Source: an uncultured bacterium
Lineage (GTDB): Bacteria; Desulfobacterota; Binatia; HRBIN30; CADEER01
Length of the DNA stretch: 64,000 nucleotides
Reading direction: 5' to 3'
Assembly (NCBI GenBank): GCA_902826395.1
Contig: CADEER010000013.1
Location: 6,560-70,559 of the forward strand
Of the stretch, positions 27,516 to 37,576 are shown piece after piece. Every line of letters begins with the position of its first letter. Within the stretch, counting starts at the first letter, position 1. The notes under the pieces were generated by a model that was not told the DNA's origin, ran no database searches, and was given only the letters and a program-made list of their open reading frames with translations. A program made the translations under genes and the position numbers.

Positions 27516-28919
27516 GCGGAGAACGTTGATCGTCGCTGCAATCGCAAACGCGACGTACATGGCGCTCACCACAACCAGGATGGCAACGCGCGCGCGGCTG
27601 GGCCGAAACGGCTCCGGCAGCAGCCGCAGATTGATCCACAGGGTGAGCGGCGCGTAGATCGCCATGGCGATGCCGCCGAAGAAGCCGGCGCTCAGCAGGA
27701 ACATGAAGGGCGGGATCGCTTCGTACGCATAGGTCAGGGCGATGCCCGCCCCTATCCACAGCGCCGCGATGGCGCCGTACAACTCGGCGGTCGATCGGCG
27801 ACGGGCCCAGGCGGTGCTGCCCTGCAGGATGTCGGCACAACTGCGCGCGACCCCGTCGATCAGCGTGAGCTGCGTCGAGAACAGGCACGCCACGCCGACG
27901 ACGAGGAACACGGTCTTACCGGCTCCGCCCCACAGCGATGCGAGGATGGTCGCCTCCTCCCAGACGAGCAGCTCGCTCTGCGGGACGATGCCGCGCGGAT
28001 GCAACACCGCCAGGGAGCCGACGATGAAGAGGAGAATTGTGAAGGTGTTGAGGAACCAGAAAAACAGCGTCTGATCGAGCGTGAGATGGCGTATCCAGGC
28101 GCTCCAGCGCTCGCGGTTTTCGGGCGTATCGCGAATCCGGTAGCACCGGCCGCCGTCTCGCTCGCCTTTGCCGCGCAGCGGGTTGACGACCCCCGGCGCC
28201 CGCGCCCCCATCCCCCATCCCTTGTCGAGGAGATAGAAGGAGAAGAACAGATTGGCGGTTCCGCCGGCGCCAGCAAAGACCAGCGCCGAGAAGAGCTCGT
28301 AGCCGGCCATGTCGGGATCCTTGAAGGGGAAGTTGATCATGCCGCGGCCGAGCGCGACCCAGGTGTCGGCGTCGCTGACCGTGAACGCGATGGCGACCAA
28401 CCCCAGCGTGATGACGACCACCAGAAACTGCACGGTGAGCTCCATCGAGCGGTAAACGGCGCGCGGTCCGAACAGCACCGCGGCGACGGCCGCGAAGGTG
28501 ACTGTCGTCCAGACGGTTGGCGACCCCGGTCCGTCGGGGCCGACGATCAGAACTTTGAGGGCGCCGCCGCAAGTCCGCGCCCAGCCGGGCACGATCCAGC
28601 CGACGACGTTGAGGCCGAGAAAGATCCACGAGAACCAGTGCCATACCCGTCGATATCCGGCGTAGACGCTCTCGCCGGTCGCCAACGTGTAGCGTCCGAT
28701 CTCGAGGTTGAGCCACAACTGCACGAAGACTCCGAGCACGGCGGCCCACGTCATGGTCGCGCCGTACTGCGCTGTCACGCGCGGCCACACGATGAGCTCA
28801 CCGGCGCCGACCGCGAGGCCGACGAGCACGGCTCCCGGTCCGACGAGATCCCGGAAGCGCCCCGGCATGCGAGGGAGATCGGCGTCTCGGTAGTCGCGCT
28901 CGCGATTGCTGCCCTCCAT
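27504..28919 (-). CDS. Nramp-like (YcsG/APC fold) transporter
   Basis: GPGAVLVGLAVGAGELIVWP and EIGRYTLATGE motifs; about 11 TM segments. Confidence 0.75.
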   Translation of the reverse strand: MEGSNRERDYRDADLPRMPGRFRDLVGPGAVLVGLAVGAGELIVWPRVTAQYGATMTWAAVLGVFVQLWLNLEIGRYTLATGESVYAGYRRVWHWFSWIFLGLNVVGWIVPGWARTCGGALKVLIVGPDGPGSPTVWTTVTFAAVAAVLFGPRAVYRSMELTVQFLVVVITLGLVAIAFTVSDADTWVALGRGMINFPFKDPDMAGYELFSALVFAGAGGTANLFFSFYLLDKGWGMGARAPGVVNPLRGKGERDGGRCYRIRDTPENRERWSAWIRHLTLDQTLFFWFLNTFTILLFIVGSLAVLHPRGIVPQSELLVWEEATILASLWGGAGKTVFLVVGVACLFSTQLTLIDGVARSCADILQGSTAWARRRSTAELYGAIAALWIGAGIALTYAYEAIPPFMFLLSAGFFGGIAMAIYAPLTLWINLRLLPEPFRPSRARVAILVVVSAMYVAFAIAATINVLRSLL

Positions 28920-29055
28920 GCAGCGGCGCACTGTGACAAATGACCACCGAGGCGACAAGGCGTCGCCGCGCGCTTGTGGCCGAGAGCGGGGCTTTGGGCT
29001 AGAGTCCAACGCTCTGATCCCGATGCGGCGGGTGTGGCCCGCGAGGAGGGGCCCC

Positions 29056-29988
29056 GTGAGCGGCGTCAAGTTCGGATTGTTCTATCCGCAGGTCGGCCAG
29101 TCCTTCGACGACTTTCGCCAGCGCACGCAGCTCGCGGAAAGGCTGGGCTTCGATTCGGTCTTCTGCGTCGACCACATGTGGCAGCGCGGCTTGCCCGAGG
29201 TCGATCACCTGGAGGCGTGGACGCTGCTGTCGGCGTTGGCGCCGCTCACCGAGCGGATCCGTTTGGGAGCGCTGGTGCTGTGCAACTCGTATCGAAACCC
29301 GGCTCTACTCGCCAAGATGGCGGCCACCCTCGATCAAATCAGCGGCGGCCGCCTCGTGCTCGGTATCGGCTCCGGGTGGATGGAGGAGGAGTACCGCGGT
29401 TATGGGTATTCTTTCCCGTCGACCCGGACGCGGATCGAGCAGCTCGATGAAGCTCTGGAGGTGATCAAGCGACTCTTCACCGAGAAGTGCGCCGACTTTC
29501 AGGGCAAGTACTACACGCTGAACCAGGCCTACAATCGCCCGGCCTCCGTGACGAAGCCGCACCCTCCGATCTTGATCGGAGGCGGCGGCGAGAAGCACAT
29601 GTTGCGCGTGGTAGCTCGTCACGCCGACATCTGGAACTGCCCCAACAACCACTCGCGCGAGCTCGACAAGCGGGTCGCGGCGCTGAGGAAGCACTGTGAC
29701 GACATCGGACGCGACTTCTCCGAGATCGAGGTCTCGGAACAGAGCTTCATCGTCGTCGGCTCCGACGAAGCGGACTTCAAGAAGAAGTGGGACATGGCCA
29801 AGCAGTTGCTCGGTGCCGCGTTCGACCTCGAGCACAGCGCCTTTCGCGGCACTCCGGATGCGGTGGTGGAACAGCTGCAGAAGCGCGTCGCCCAGGGCGT
29901 CACCTTCTTCACGTTCCTGTCGGGCGACTTTCACGCCCCCGAAACTCTCGAACTGCTCGCGGAGAAAGTGCTGCCGGCGTTCGAGTAG
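29056..29988 (+). CDS. Luciferase-like (LLM class, probably F420-dependent) oxidoreductase
   Basis: AERLGFDSVFCVDH, YRNPALLAKMAATLDQISGGR and HPPILIGGGGE motifs; GGAGG SD. Confidence 0.88.
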   Translation: MSGVKFGLFYPQVGQSFDDFRQRTQLAERLGFDSVFCVDHMWQRGLPEVDHLEAWTLLSALAPLTERIRLGALVLCNSYRNPALLAKMAATLDQISGGRLVLGIGSGWMEEEYRGYGYSFPSTRTRIEQLDEALEVIKRLFTEKCADFQGKYYTLNQAYNRPASVTKPHPPILIGGGGEKHMLRVVARHADIWNCPNNHSRELDKRVAALRKHCDDIGRDFSEIEVSEQSFIVVGSDEADFKKKWDMAKQLLGAAFDLEHSAFRGTPDAVVEQLQKRVAQGVTFFTFLSGDFHAPETLELLAEKVLPAFE

Positions 29989-30012
29989 CCGAATCAGCAA
30001 CCGCCGTGCGGT

Positions 30013-30903
30013 TCAGAGGGGCAGGTCTTCGCGTTTGACCACTTCGATGAACTTTTCCGCGGCGGGGGACAGATGGCGGCCGCGCTTGTGGATGATGCCG
30101 AGCGGACGCGAGAGATTCTGATCGGAGAGATCGGCGATCCGGATCGTGCCCTTTTCGACCTCGTGGCGAATCGCCGGCAGCGGCACGATGGCCACGCCCT
30201 GGCCGATCTCGACGGCGCGTTTGATCGTCTCGATGTTGTCGTACTCGGCGACGTACTGCACGGTGACGTGGTTGTTGCGCAGCAATTGGTCGGTCGCCTT
30301 GCGGGTGGCGATGTCCTTCTCGTAGGCGACGAACGGCTCGCCCTCGAGCTTGGCGACCGAAACCTTCTTCGCATTCGCCAGCGGGTGATCGGGCGGGCAG
30401 GCCAGCACCAGAGTATCTTCGCGGATTGGGATGGTGACGATCTGCGGGTGCTTCTGCGGATAGGCGACGATGCCGAGGTCGATCTGCTGGGCGATCACGT
30501 TGTCGTAGATCTTGTTGGGGCGCGAATACTCGACGTGGACATTCACGTCGGGATAGGCGCGGAGATATTCCTTCAGATAGACCGGTAGCTCGTGCAGGCC
30601 GACGCTGTAGACGATGGCGACGCGCAGATGGCCTCCGACCACGTCGCAACTGTGCTGCAGCTCCGCCTCGACGTCCTGATACTTGTCGATGATCTCGCGG
30701 CTGGCCTTGTAGAGGATCGCGCCCTGGGGGGTGGGCTTCGCGCCGCCACGGCTCCGCTCGAGAAGCTTGCAGTGATACTTGGTTTCGAGAGCTCGGAGTT
30801 GCTGGCTCACCGCGGATTGGGTGATGAAGTTCTGCGACGCCGCGACCGAGAAGCTGCCGGTCTCGACGACATCGCAGAAGACTTTGAGCGTTTCGATATG
30901 CAT
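30013..30903 (-). CDS. LysR-family transcriptional regulator
   Basis: N-terminal HTH FCDVVETGSFS..ITQSAVSQQLR and LysR substrate domain. Confidence 0.93.
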   Translation of the reverse strand: MHIETLKVFCDVVETGSFSVAASQNFITQSAVSQQLRALETKYHCKLLERSRGGAKPTPQGAILYKASREIIDKYQDVEAELQHSCDVVGGHLRVAIVYSVGLHELPVYLKEYLRAYPDVNVHVEYSRPNKIYDNVIAQQIDLGIVAYPQKHPQIVTIPIREDTLVLACPPDHPLANAKKVSVAKLEGEPFVAYEKDIATRKATDQLLRNNHVTVQYVAEYDNIETIKRAVEIGQGVAIVPLPAIRHEVEKGTIRIADLSDQNLSRPLGIIHKRGRHLSPAAEKFIEVVKREDLPL

Positions 30904-30914
30904 AAACGGAACTA

Positions 30915-30942
30915 ATCTTAGGGGGCAAGTTCGCGAAGTCAA
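30915..30942 (-). promoter_or_regulatory. Sigma70 promoter of the lysR gene
   Basis: Minus strand TTGACT (30942-30937), 16-nt spacer, TAAGAT (30920-30915); 11 nt to ATG. Confidence 0.6.
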
Positions 30943-31030
30943 GCGAATGGCCGGCTGTGGCGCGACCGGCGCTTGGGCCGCTCCTCCGGTTTGCCGGCAG
31001 AAGCGGGGCGAATCTAAGAGTCGCTCGAGC

Positions 31031-31594
31031 TCAGTTGGGTGGCGGGTACGGGACCTGCAGTGCGTCGAACGCCTCCCTCAGATCCCACATTGCGACGGCC
31101 CCGGTCAGAACGACACCGGGGCGCTGACTGACGCGCGCATAGATGGCGGTCGTGCTCGGATTGTGGTGGCCGAGCGCGATGTCGATCGCCTCGGCGCCCT
31201 CGCGCTCCAGGCGGATGCGGGCTCTCGGCTCAGCGAGGCCGTAGCCGGCGAGGTCCTCGGCGGTCGGTTCCTCTTCGATCGACAGGATCACGGCAAGCTC
31301 GCGCAGGTTGTCGAGGAAGTCATTGATCTTGCGCGGCGTCGAAGTGCCCGACCAACCATAGGCGGTGCGCTGCGCACGGGCTTCGCGATCGTCACTGTGC
31401 AGCAGAACGGCGACCACCGATTTGGGATCGAAGTCTACGAGGTGTTCGATCGCGGCGGACTCCGGCGTCGGTAGTGGCTCTTCGAAGACTGTCTGCCAGC
31501 CGACATCGGGGTTCTCTCCCAGGAGATCTCGATAGGCGATGACAGCGACTACCGCGACCGCGAGGGCGAGCAGGATCGTGTTGCGCCAGCTCAT
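31031..31594 (-). CDS. DUF4340-like domain protein with N-terminal TM
   Basis: LAGYGLAEPRARI...IALG..NP...IYARV pattern; follows a GldG-like gene. Confidence 0.7.
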   Translation of the reverse strand: MSWRNTILLALAVAVVAVIAYRDLLGENPDVGWQTVFEEPLPTPESAAIEHLVDFDPKSVVAVLLHSDDREARAQRTAYGWSGTSTPRKINDFLDNLRELAVILSIEEEPTAEDLAGYGLAEPRARIRLEREGAEAIDIALGHHNPSTTAIYARVSQRPGVVLTGAVAMWDLREAFDALQVPYPPPN

Positions 31595-31662
31595 CGCGGC
31601 CGGTCCTCACGACGGTCCCTACGAGTTGTGGCTCCGGGCGCGGCCATCCGGGCCGACATCGC

Positions 31663-33051
31663 TCAACGCCCACCCCGCCGGCGGTTGCGCAGCCCGGCGA
31701 GCACCGCGCCCATCAGTGCGGACAAGCCGGGTAAGACGACCACGCCGACCCAGAAGATGGTGCTGGTTTGCGACGCGGTGAGGGCCAGGGGTCGCTCGGG
31801 ATTGCCCTCCTCCTCGCGCCGCATGCCGATCAGCGACGGGTCGCGTGCCAGCACGCCGACTAGCGCGAGAAAGAAATCGCGGTTGCCGAGTGTATCCAAA
31901 TGATCGTTGGTGGCGAAGTCGGAGTCGCCGACGGCGATGATCATGCCCGGGGCGTTCGGGTCGTCGGTCGCGACCGTCGCCTGCGCGGCGATCGACAGGG
32001 GACCGGGTTCGTCGATGGTCGGGCGGAAGGTGACGTCCTGCGACGGCACTTCGGTTGCGTCGACGTGCGCCCAACTCGATTCGCTGGTCGCCGCCAGGGA
32101 AATTGCGTTGGTGTCCTCGTCGCCCGTGGTTCGAATGGTGCGCGCCAGCGGCAAGATCACCGCAGCGCGCAGACGATCCTGGAAGACGCCGGGCCGGAAA
32201 CGGTCGACCTGCGGAACGAACGAATCGGCGCCGACCATTCGATTCGACTCGTCGACGATGACGTTGCGCCCGGCCAACAGGCCGAAGCGGTTCAGTAGCT
32301 CGTCGAACGAGGGCGGCGCACCGGGGTCGAGAAGTAGGAGCAGGCGGCCGCCGTCGCGAACGTACTGCTCGATCGATTCCGCTTCGCCGCTCGCCAGGTC
32401 GTGCGACGGCGACGCCGAGACGATTGCCTTACACCGCTGATCGGGACCGTCGCGGCCGATCGTCAACTGCCAACCAACTGCGAACCCTTCCTGTTCGATG
32501 GCCTGCGTCAGCTGCGAGAGCCCGCCGCGCGGCGACGTGTCGCGCGGATCCGCTTCGCCATGGCCGGTCAGAAAGCAGATGGTGCCAGCGTCATCGCGAC
32601 TGAGTCGCAACAGTGCCGCGGTCAATCCCTCCTCGGTGACGGCGCGCAGCGGGTGGCGGGTTCCGTCCGCGAGCTCGAGGACGCCGGAGCCGTAGCTCGA
32701 TACCTCGAACTTCTTGGCCAGGCCGGGCTTGCGATCGAGATCGATCAGTTCGTAGTCGAGCTGCGGCGCGTGCGCGTGGATCTGATCGAGCAGATCGAGC
32801 AACTGCTGGCGTTGGGCGACCTGCTGGCTGTCGTAGAAGGCATACACGGTGGCCTTGCCCTCGAACGCCTCCGCCGCCTGACGCGCGTAGGGCGACAGCG
32901 TGAATCGCTGTGTCGGGGTCAGGTCGAATCGCACGTTGCGGCGCCCTGCGAGGAACTGCAGAGAGGCGAACAGCGCCAGGACGAGCACGATCTGGATCGC
33001 CGTCTGCGCGGCGGCGCGCCACGACGATACCGAGGTTTGCGCCGGTGTCAT
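31663..33051 (-). CDS. GldG-like ABC transporter auxiliary component
   Basis: RFDLTPTQRFTLS, CFLTGHGE and VGDSDF..N motifs; TGATG overlap with the permease. Confidence 0.82.
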   Translation of the reverse strand: MTPAQTSVSSWRAAAQTAIQIVLVLALFASLQFLAGRRNVRFDLTPTQRFTLSPYARQAAEAFEGKATVYAFYDSQQVAQRQQLLDLLDQIHAHAPQLDYELIDLDRKPGLAKKFEVSSYGSGVLELADGTRHPLRAVTEEGLTAALLRLSRDDAGTICFLTGHGEADPRDTSPRGGLSQLTQAIEQEGFAVGWQLTIGRDGPDQRCKAIVSASPSHDLASGEAESIEQYVRDGGRLLLLLDPGAPPSFDELLNRFGLLAGRNVIVDESNRMVGADSFVPQVDRFRPGVFQDRLRAAVILPLARTIRTTGDEDTNAISLAATSESSWAHVDATEVPSQDVTFRPTIDEPGPLSIAAQATVATDDPNAPGMIIAVGDSDFATNDHLDTLGNRDFFLALVGVLARDPSLIGMRREEEGNPERPLALTASQTSTIFWVGVVVLPGLSALMGAVLAGLRNRRRGGR

Positions 33052-33791
33052 CAGGGGACGCCTCGCCAGCGGCGCGACGCCAGCGATTGCCAGGTGAGGA
33101 ACAGGAAGAACGCGGTGAACAGGGCGAAGAACACCACGTCGCGCGTGTCGATGACGCCGCGCGTGAAGTTGAAGAAGCGGTCGAACAGCGACAGGCCCAA
33201 CAAGATCCGCAGGGTCGCCTGGTTGGCGGCTTCCTCGTTCCAGGTCATGAACCAGAAGAAAACCAGGATACCGTACGTGACCATGGCGCTGACGACCTGG
33301 TTCTCCGTCATCGATGAGATGAACAGGCCGCAACTGATGAAGGCGACGCCGAGCAGCACCAGCCCAAGGTAGGCGACGAGCAACGGCGCGACGTCGAACG
33401 GTTGGTAGGCGTAGAGCAGGGCGAAGGGGATGGCGGTCGGCAGCAGCATCAGCAGGAAGAACGCCACGGCTGCGAGAAACTTGCCCGCGATGATCTCCAC
33501 GTCGCGTACCGGATACGTCCACAAGAGCTCGATGGTGCCGAGCTTCTTCTCCTCGGCGAACAGGCGCATCGTGATCAGCGGCAGAATCAAGAGAACGACG
33601 AGACGCATGTCGAGGAACACCCACTGCCACAGGCCGATCACAGGTGTGAACGAAGCCATGAGCAGCATGAAGATCAGGTCGCTGTAGAAGAAGTAGCCGC
33701 TCAGCAGCAGGAACACTGCGAACAGCACGTAAGCGACGACCGATCCGAAGGCGGCCTGCAGCTCACGCCGACAGATGATCCAGATTCGCAC
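33051..33791 (-). CDS. ABC-2 type permease (GldF-like)
   Basis: RRELQAAFGS, PLITMRLFAEEKKLGTIELL and GLFISSMTENQ motifs. Confidence 0.88.
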   Translation of the reverse strand: MRIWIICRRELQAAFGSVVAYVLFAVFLLLSGYFFYSDLIFMLLMASFTPVIGLWQWVFLDMRLVVLLILPLITMRLFAEEKKLGTIELLWTYPVRDVEIIAGKFLAAVAFFLLMLLPTAIPFALLYAYQPFDVAPLLVAYLGLVLLGVAFISCGLFISSMTENQVVSAMVTYGILVFFWFMTWNEEAANQATLRILLGLSLFDRFFNFTRGVIDTRDVVFFALFTAFFLFLTWQSLASRRWRGVP

Positions 33792-34752
33792 CGTGCGTCC
33801 CTCGCTCCAGCTCGTCATCATCGCCCTGCACGAGCGTCAGGAATATCTCTTCCAGTGAAAATGCGACCGAGCGCAACTCGCGCAGACCCCAGCCGCGTTC
33901 CGCGATGGCGCGGGCGATGTCCTCGCGAACGTCGCGATCGCGTTCGGTCAAGATGGTGAGTACCGCGTTGCCGTCCCGGGAGCCGGGCGCGTCCGATACC
34001 GAGACGACGCCGCCGACGCGCGCCAACCACTCGCGCGCTTCCACGACCGGCGCCGTCACCTCGACGTAGATGCGACCGGCGCGCTGTACGCGGCGATTGA
34101 GATTGGCGGGGGTATCGACCGCCACAATGCGGCCGCGATGGAGGATGATGACGCGATCGCAGGTCTGCTCCACCTCGGTCAGGATGTGTGTCGACAAAAC
34201 GACGGTGCGGTCCTGCTTGAGACTGCGGATGAGGTCGCGCATCTCGGCAACCTGCTCAGGATCGAGGCCGGCTGTCGGCTCATCGAGGATCAGAACCTCG
34301 GGATTGCCGATCAGTGCCTGGGCGATACCGACGCGTTGGCGAAAGCCCTTCGACAGGCTGCCGATGATCCGCCGCGCAACGGTGTCGACGCCACAGGCAC
34401 GCATGGCCGCGTCCGCCTGCACCGACAGGCCGGCTCGACGCACGCCCTTCATGCGGCCGACGTAGTGCAGGTACGACTGCACGGTCATCTCCTGATACGC
34501 GGAGACGCGTTCGGGAAAGTAGCCGACCGCAGCGCGCGCCCGCAGCGAATCCGCCACGACGTCGTGCCCCGCCACCCGCGCTGACCCGGAGGAAGGCGGG
34601 AAGACGCCGGCCAGAATCCGCATCGTCGTGCTCTTGCCGGCACCGTTCGGGCCCAGCAGGCCGACGATCTCGCCGGTCGCGACCTCGAAGCTGATGTCAC
34701 TGATCGCGGTGAACGAACCGAACCGTTTGCTGACGCCGGCGACCGAGATCAT
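33763..34752 (-). CDS. ABC transporter ATP-binding protein (GldA-like)
   Basis: GPNGAGKST, LSKGFRQ, LDEPT and STHIL motifs. Confidence 0.92.
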   Translation of the reverse strand: MISVAGVSKRFGSFTAISDISFEVATGEIVGLLGPNGAGKSTTMRILAGVFPPSSGSARVAGHDVVADSLRARAAVGYFPERVSAYQEMTVQSYLHYVGRMKGVRRAGLSVQADAAMRACGVDTVARRIIGSLSKGFRQRVGIAQALIGNPEVLILDEPTAGLDPEQVAEMRDLIRSLKQDRTVVLSTHILTEVEQTCDRVIILHRGRIVAVDTPANLNRRVQRAGRIYVEVTAPVVEAREWLARVGGVVSVSDAPGSRDGNAVLTILTERDRDVREDIARAIAERGWGLRELRSVAFSLEEIFLTLVQGDDDELERGTHGANLDHLSA

Positions 34753-34879
34753 GTCCGAGCACTGTACTGAAGCCACCACATCGGCTCAATCCAGCGCCAG
34801 ATGATTCGCCGGGCGTTTGTGCGAAGCTGGCGCGATTTGGCTTAATAGGGCCATGTCGAAATTGCGCGCGGGCAGACGA

Positions 34880-35710
34880 ATGAGTCGATCGACCGCAGGC
34901 CGATGGCTGCTTGCCGTCATGGCACTGCTGATCGGCTGCACCACTGTGCCGTACACCAATCGCAGCCGGTTGATGATGGTGTCCGAGTCGGAAGACAGCG
35001 AGTTGGGACTCGCCGCCTATCGGGAAGTGCTGAGCCAGGAGAAGATCTCCAAAGACCCGGAAGCCAATCGCATGGTGTTGCGCGTCGGTCGGGCGATCGC
35101 CCTGGCCGCCGAGAAGCCGGAGTTCGATTGGCAGTTCACGGTGATCGACGATCCTAAGACGGTGAACGCCTTCGCGCTGCCGGGCGGCAAGGTGGCGGTC
35201 TACACGGGCATCTTTTCGGTCGCCGTCGACGAAGCCGGCCTTGCCACGGTGCTCGGTCACGAGGTGGCGCACGCGCTGGCTCGTCATGGCGCCGAGCGCA
35301 TGAGCCAGGGGATGGCGCTTCAGGGCGTCGGCGCCGGCCTGGCGATCGCCACCAGCGGCCAGAGTGCCGGTGTACAGCAGGCGGTGATGAGCGCCTACGG
35401 CCTCGGCGCGCAGGTCGGTGTCATGTTGCCATTCAGCCGCGAGATGGAATCGGAGGCCGATCACATCGGCCTCATTTTGATGGCCAAGGCTGGCTACGAT
35501 CCGTCCGTATCGGTCGGACTGTGGGAACGCATGGGCCAACTGAGCGGCGGGCAGAAGCCGATGGAGTTCCTCTCCACCCACCCCAACTACGACACCCGCA
35601 TCACCAAACTGCGCGAATGGATCCCGGAGGCGCAGCAGTACTATCAGGTCGCCACCAAGCAGCCGGTCGAGCGCCTCCCGGGCGTCAAGCAAGCCTCGGC
35701 GAAGAAGTAA
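34880..35710 (+). CDS. M48 family Zn metallopeptidase lipoprotein (LoiP/YfgC-like)
   Basis: Lipobox LIGC; NAFALPGG, HEVAH, ESEAD and LSTHP motifs; alternative start at 34853. Confidence 0.88.
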   Translation: MSRSTAGRWLLAVMALLIGCTTVPYTNRSRLMMVSESEDSELGLAAYREVLSQEKISKDPEANRMVLRVGRAIALAAEKPEFDWQFTVIDDPKTVNAFALPGGKVAVYTGIFSVAVDEAGLATVLGHEVAHALARHGAERMSQGMALQGVGAGLAIATSGQSAGVQQAVMSAYGLGAQVGVMLPFSREMESEADHIGLILMAKAGYDPSVSVGLWERMGQLSGGQKPMEFLSTHPNYDTRITKLREWIPEAQQYYQVATKQPVERLPGVKQASAKK

Positions 35711-35735
35711 CTGGCGACGCGGCGTGGCGAAGTGA

Positions 35736-36431
35736 CTACTCCGACCTTCGCGCGGTCAAGTACAGCGACAGGCCGACATACCAGGCGGGGAACAGGAGGC
35801 TCAGCCAGGCGAGGCCCGGTCGCGTCTCGGGTAGGAGTGTCATCAGGTACAGGACGAGCAGGCTCCAGGCAGGGCCTGCGGTGAAGGTGACCGACGCGCC
35901 CGCCGGATTGCGACTCGGATAGGCGTAGCGGATCGGCACGAACACCATGGCCGCGAAGAAGACGAGCATGACGGCGTTGAAGACCGGACCGGTGTCGAGC
36001 AGGTAGAAGTAGAGGACGACGACGTTCCAGTAAGAGGGGAAGCCGGTGAACATGTGGTCCGTCGTCTTGGCGTCGGTGCGCGCGAAGCCGTAGGCGCTGG
36101 CGAGTAGCGGCAGGCAGGCGACGGTCGCGCCCACGGCGCCGGCTGGTAGACGGTCGCCGAGGAATGCAATCGCGATCGGCACGAATACGTAGGTGAGGTA
36201 GTCGACGATGTCGTCGAGGCGGGCACCGTCGAACTCGGGCAGCACCGCCTTGACCTGCGCCGCGCGTGCCAGCGCTCCGTCTGTGCAGTCGATGAGCATC
36301 GCGAGCCACAGGCAGAAGAAAGCCAGCCGCACGTCGCCGTCGACTGCAATCACCAGCGCGAGAAAACCGAGAGCGGAGCCGAACGCCGTATAGGCGTGCA
36401 CCAGCCAAGCCAGCGTGCGCGCGCGGTTCAC
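35736..36431 (-). CDS. pcs: Phosphatidylcholine synthase-type CDP-alcohol phosphatidyltransferase
   Basis: DGALARAAQVKAVLPEFDGARLDDIVD matches the Pcs motif DG(x2)AR(x8)P(x3)G(x3)D(x3)D; FTGFPSYWN also present. Confidence 0.75.
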   Translation of the reverse strand: MNRARTLAWLVHAYTAFGSALGFLALVIAVDGDVRLAFFCLWLAMLIDCTDGALARAAQVKAVLPEFDGARLDDIVDYLTYVFVPIAIAFLGDRLPAGAVGATVACLPLLASAYGFARTDAKTTDHMFTGFPSYWNVVVLYFYLLDTGPVFNAVMLVFFAAMVFVPIRYAYPSRNPAGASVTFTAGPAWSLLVLYLMTLLPETRPGLAWLSLLFPAWYVGLSLYLTARRSE

Positions 36432-36847
36432 GATTTTGCGACGTGAGTTGCGACGTTGGGCTCGAACAGCACCTGCACGACGTTGCCGTCCGGGTCCGCC
36501 ATGTAGAACGAGTGACTGCCGTCGCGGTGCTCGCGCGGCTCCTGGAGGATCTTCTCGCCGCGCGCGCGAACCGCTTCGGCAGCGGAGTATACATCTGCGG
36601 GCGACGCGACGAGGAAGCCGAGATGGTCGAGACGATCGAGAGCAGCCTCTTTCGCTACGGGGATTTCACGGTGTTGGTGGAGCGCGAGATTGTCCGGACC
36701 GCTCGAGAGGTACGCCGTCGCGTCGTCGGGTTCCCACACCGCGGTCATTCCGAAGATGTCGCAATAGAAGCGCTTCGATGCCGTCACATCGCGTACTCGC
36801 AGGGCCAGATGGCGCAGTCCCAATGTCGCGATCGGCAGAGAGCTCAT
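36428..36847 (-). CDS. VOC/glyoxalase family protein
   Basis: LRHLALRV, LDHLGF and SFYMADPDGNVVQ motifs; GTGA overlap with pcs. Confidence 0.85.
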   Translation of the reverse strand: MSSLPIATLGLRHLALRVRDVTASKRFYCDIFGMTAVWEPDDATAYLSSGPDNLALHQHREIPVAKEAALDRLDHLGFLVASPADVYSAAEAVRARGEKILQEPREHRDGSHSFYMADPDGNVVQVLFEPNVATHVAKS

Positions 36848-36955
36848 CGCGGCCTGCCTACCAGATACTTCGCGCGATCGCGATGAGTGTTCAGTGCCGC
36901 GCGGTTTCTTTACTCGCTCAGGGGCGGGTGGTAGCTTTCGCGCACGGCGCACCCG

Positions 36956-37528
36956 ATGAGAAAACGTCTCCGACGGCTGGTCGTCGGCTCGCTGGTTCTT
37001 CTTCTGCTGGTCGGGGCCGCGATGCTGGCACGCAACTTCTGGGAGCAGCGCAAGGTTGAGTTGGCACTCGAAGCGATCGAGTTGCTGCCCGACGTTGCGC
37101 AGCGGATTCAGGACTTTCACCGTGTAAAAGTCGACGACGGCCGCAAAGTCTGGGAAGTCGCTGCGAAGGAAGCGCGGTACTTCGAGGACGATGGGGTGGT
37201 GGCGGTGGAGGATCCGGTGGTTTCCGTCTTCTTCGAAGAAGGGCGTTCGGTTTCGCTGCAGGGCCGCAGCGGCAAGGTCATTCTCGATGGCGCCGACGTC
37301 GACCGGGTCGAGATCGAAGGCGAGATCGACGTGAAGCTCAACGAGTACGCATTGAGCACCGAATCGGCGTACTACGAAGCCAATACCGACCGCATCATCG
37401 TTCCGGGCGCCGTGCGCGTCGAGAGCAAGCAGCTCCAGATCGATGGCAACGAAATGGAAATCGAGGTTGGCGCGCAGCGCCTGCGCGTCAACGACGGCGT
37501 GCACATGACCCTCTGGCCGAAGAGCTGA
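36956..37528 (+). CDS. lptC: LPS export periplasmic protein LptC
   Basis: N-terminal TM, beta-jellyroll-like sequence, position before lptA/lptB. Confidence 0.75.
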   Translation: MRKRLRRLVVGSLVLLLLVGAAMLARNFWEQRKVELALEAIELLPDVAQRIQDFHRVKVDDGRKVWEVAAKEARYFEDDGVVAVEDPVVSVFFEEGRSVSLQGRSGKVILDGADVDRVEIEGEIDVKLNEYALSTESAYYEANTDRIIVPGAVRVESKQLQIDGNEMEIEVGAQRLRVNDGVHMTLWPKS

Positions 37529-37576
37529 GGATCGCGCTCTTCGCGCCTTCGTGGTTTAGTCCACCTTTGTCGAGGT

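Noticed and set aside
31663-34752. Gliding motility machinery
   Set aside because: GldA/F/G-like ABC modules occur widely without motility; no T9SS or other gld genes here
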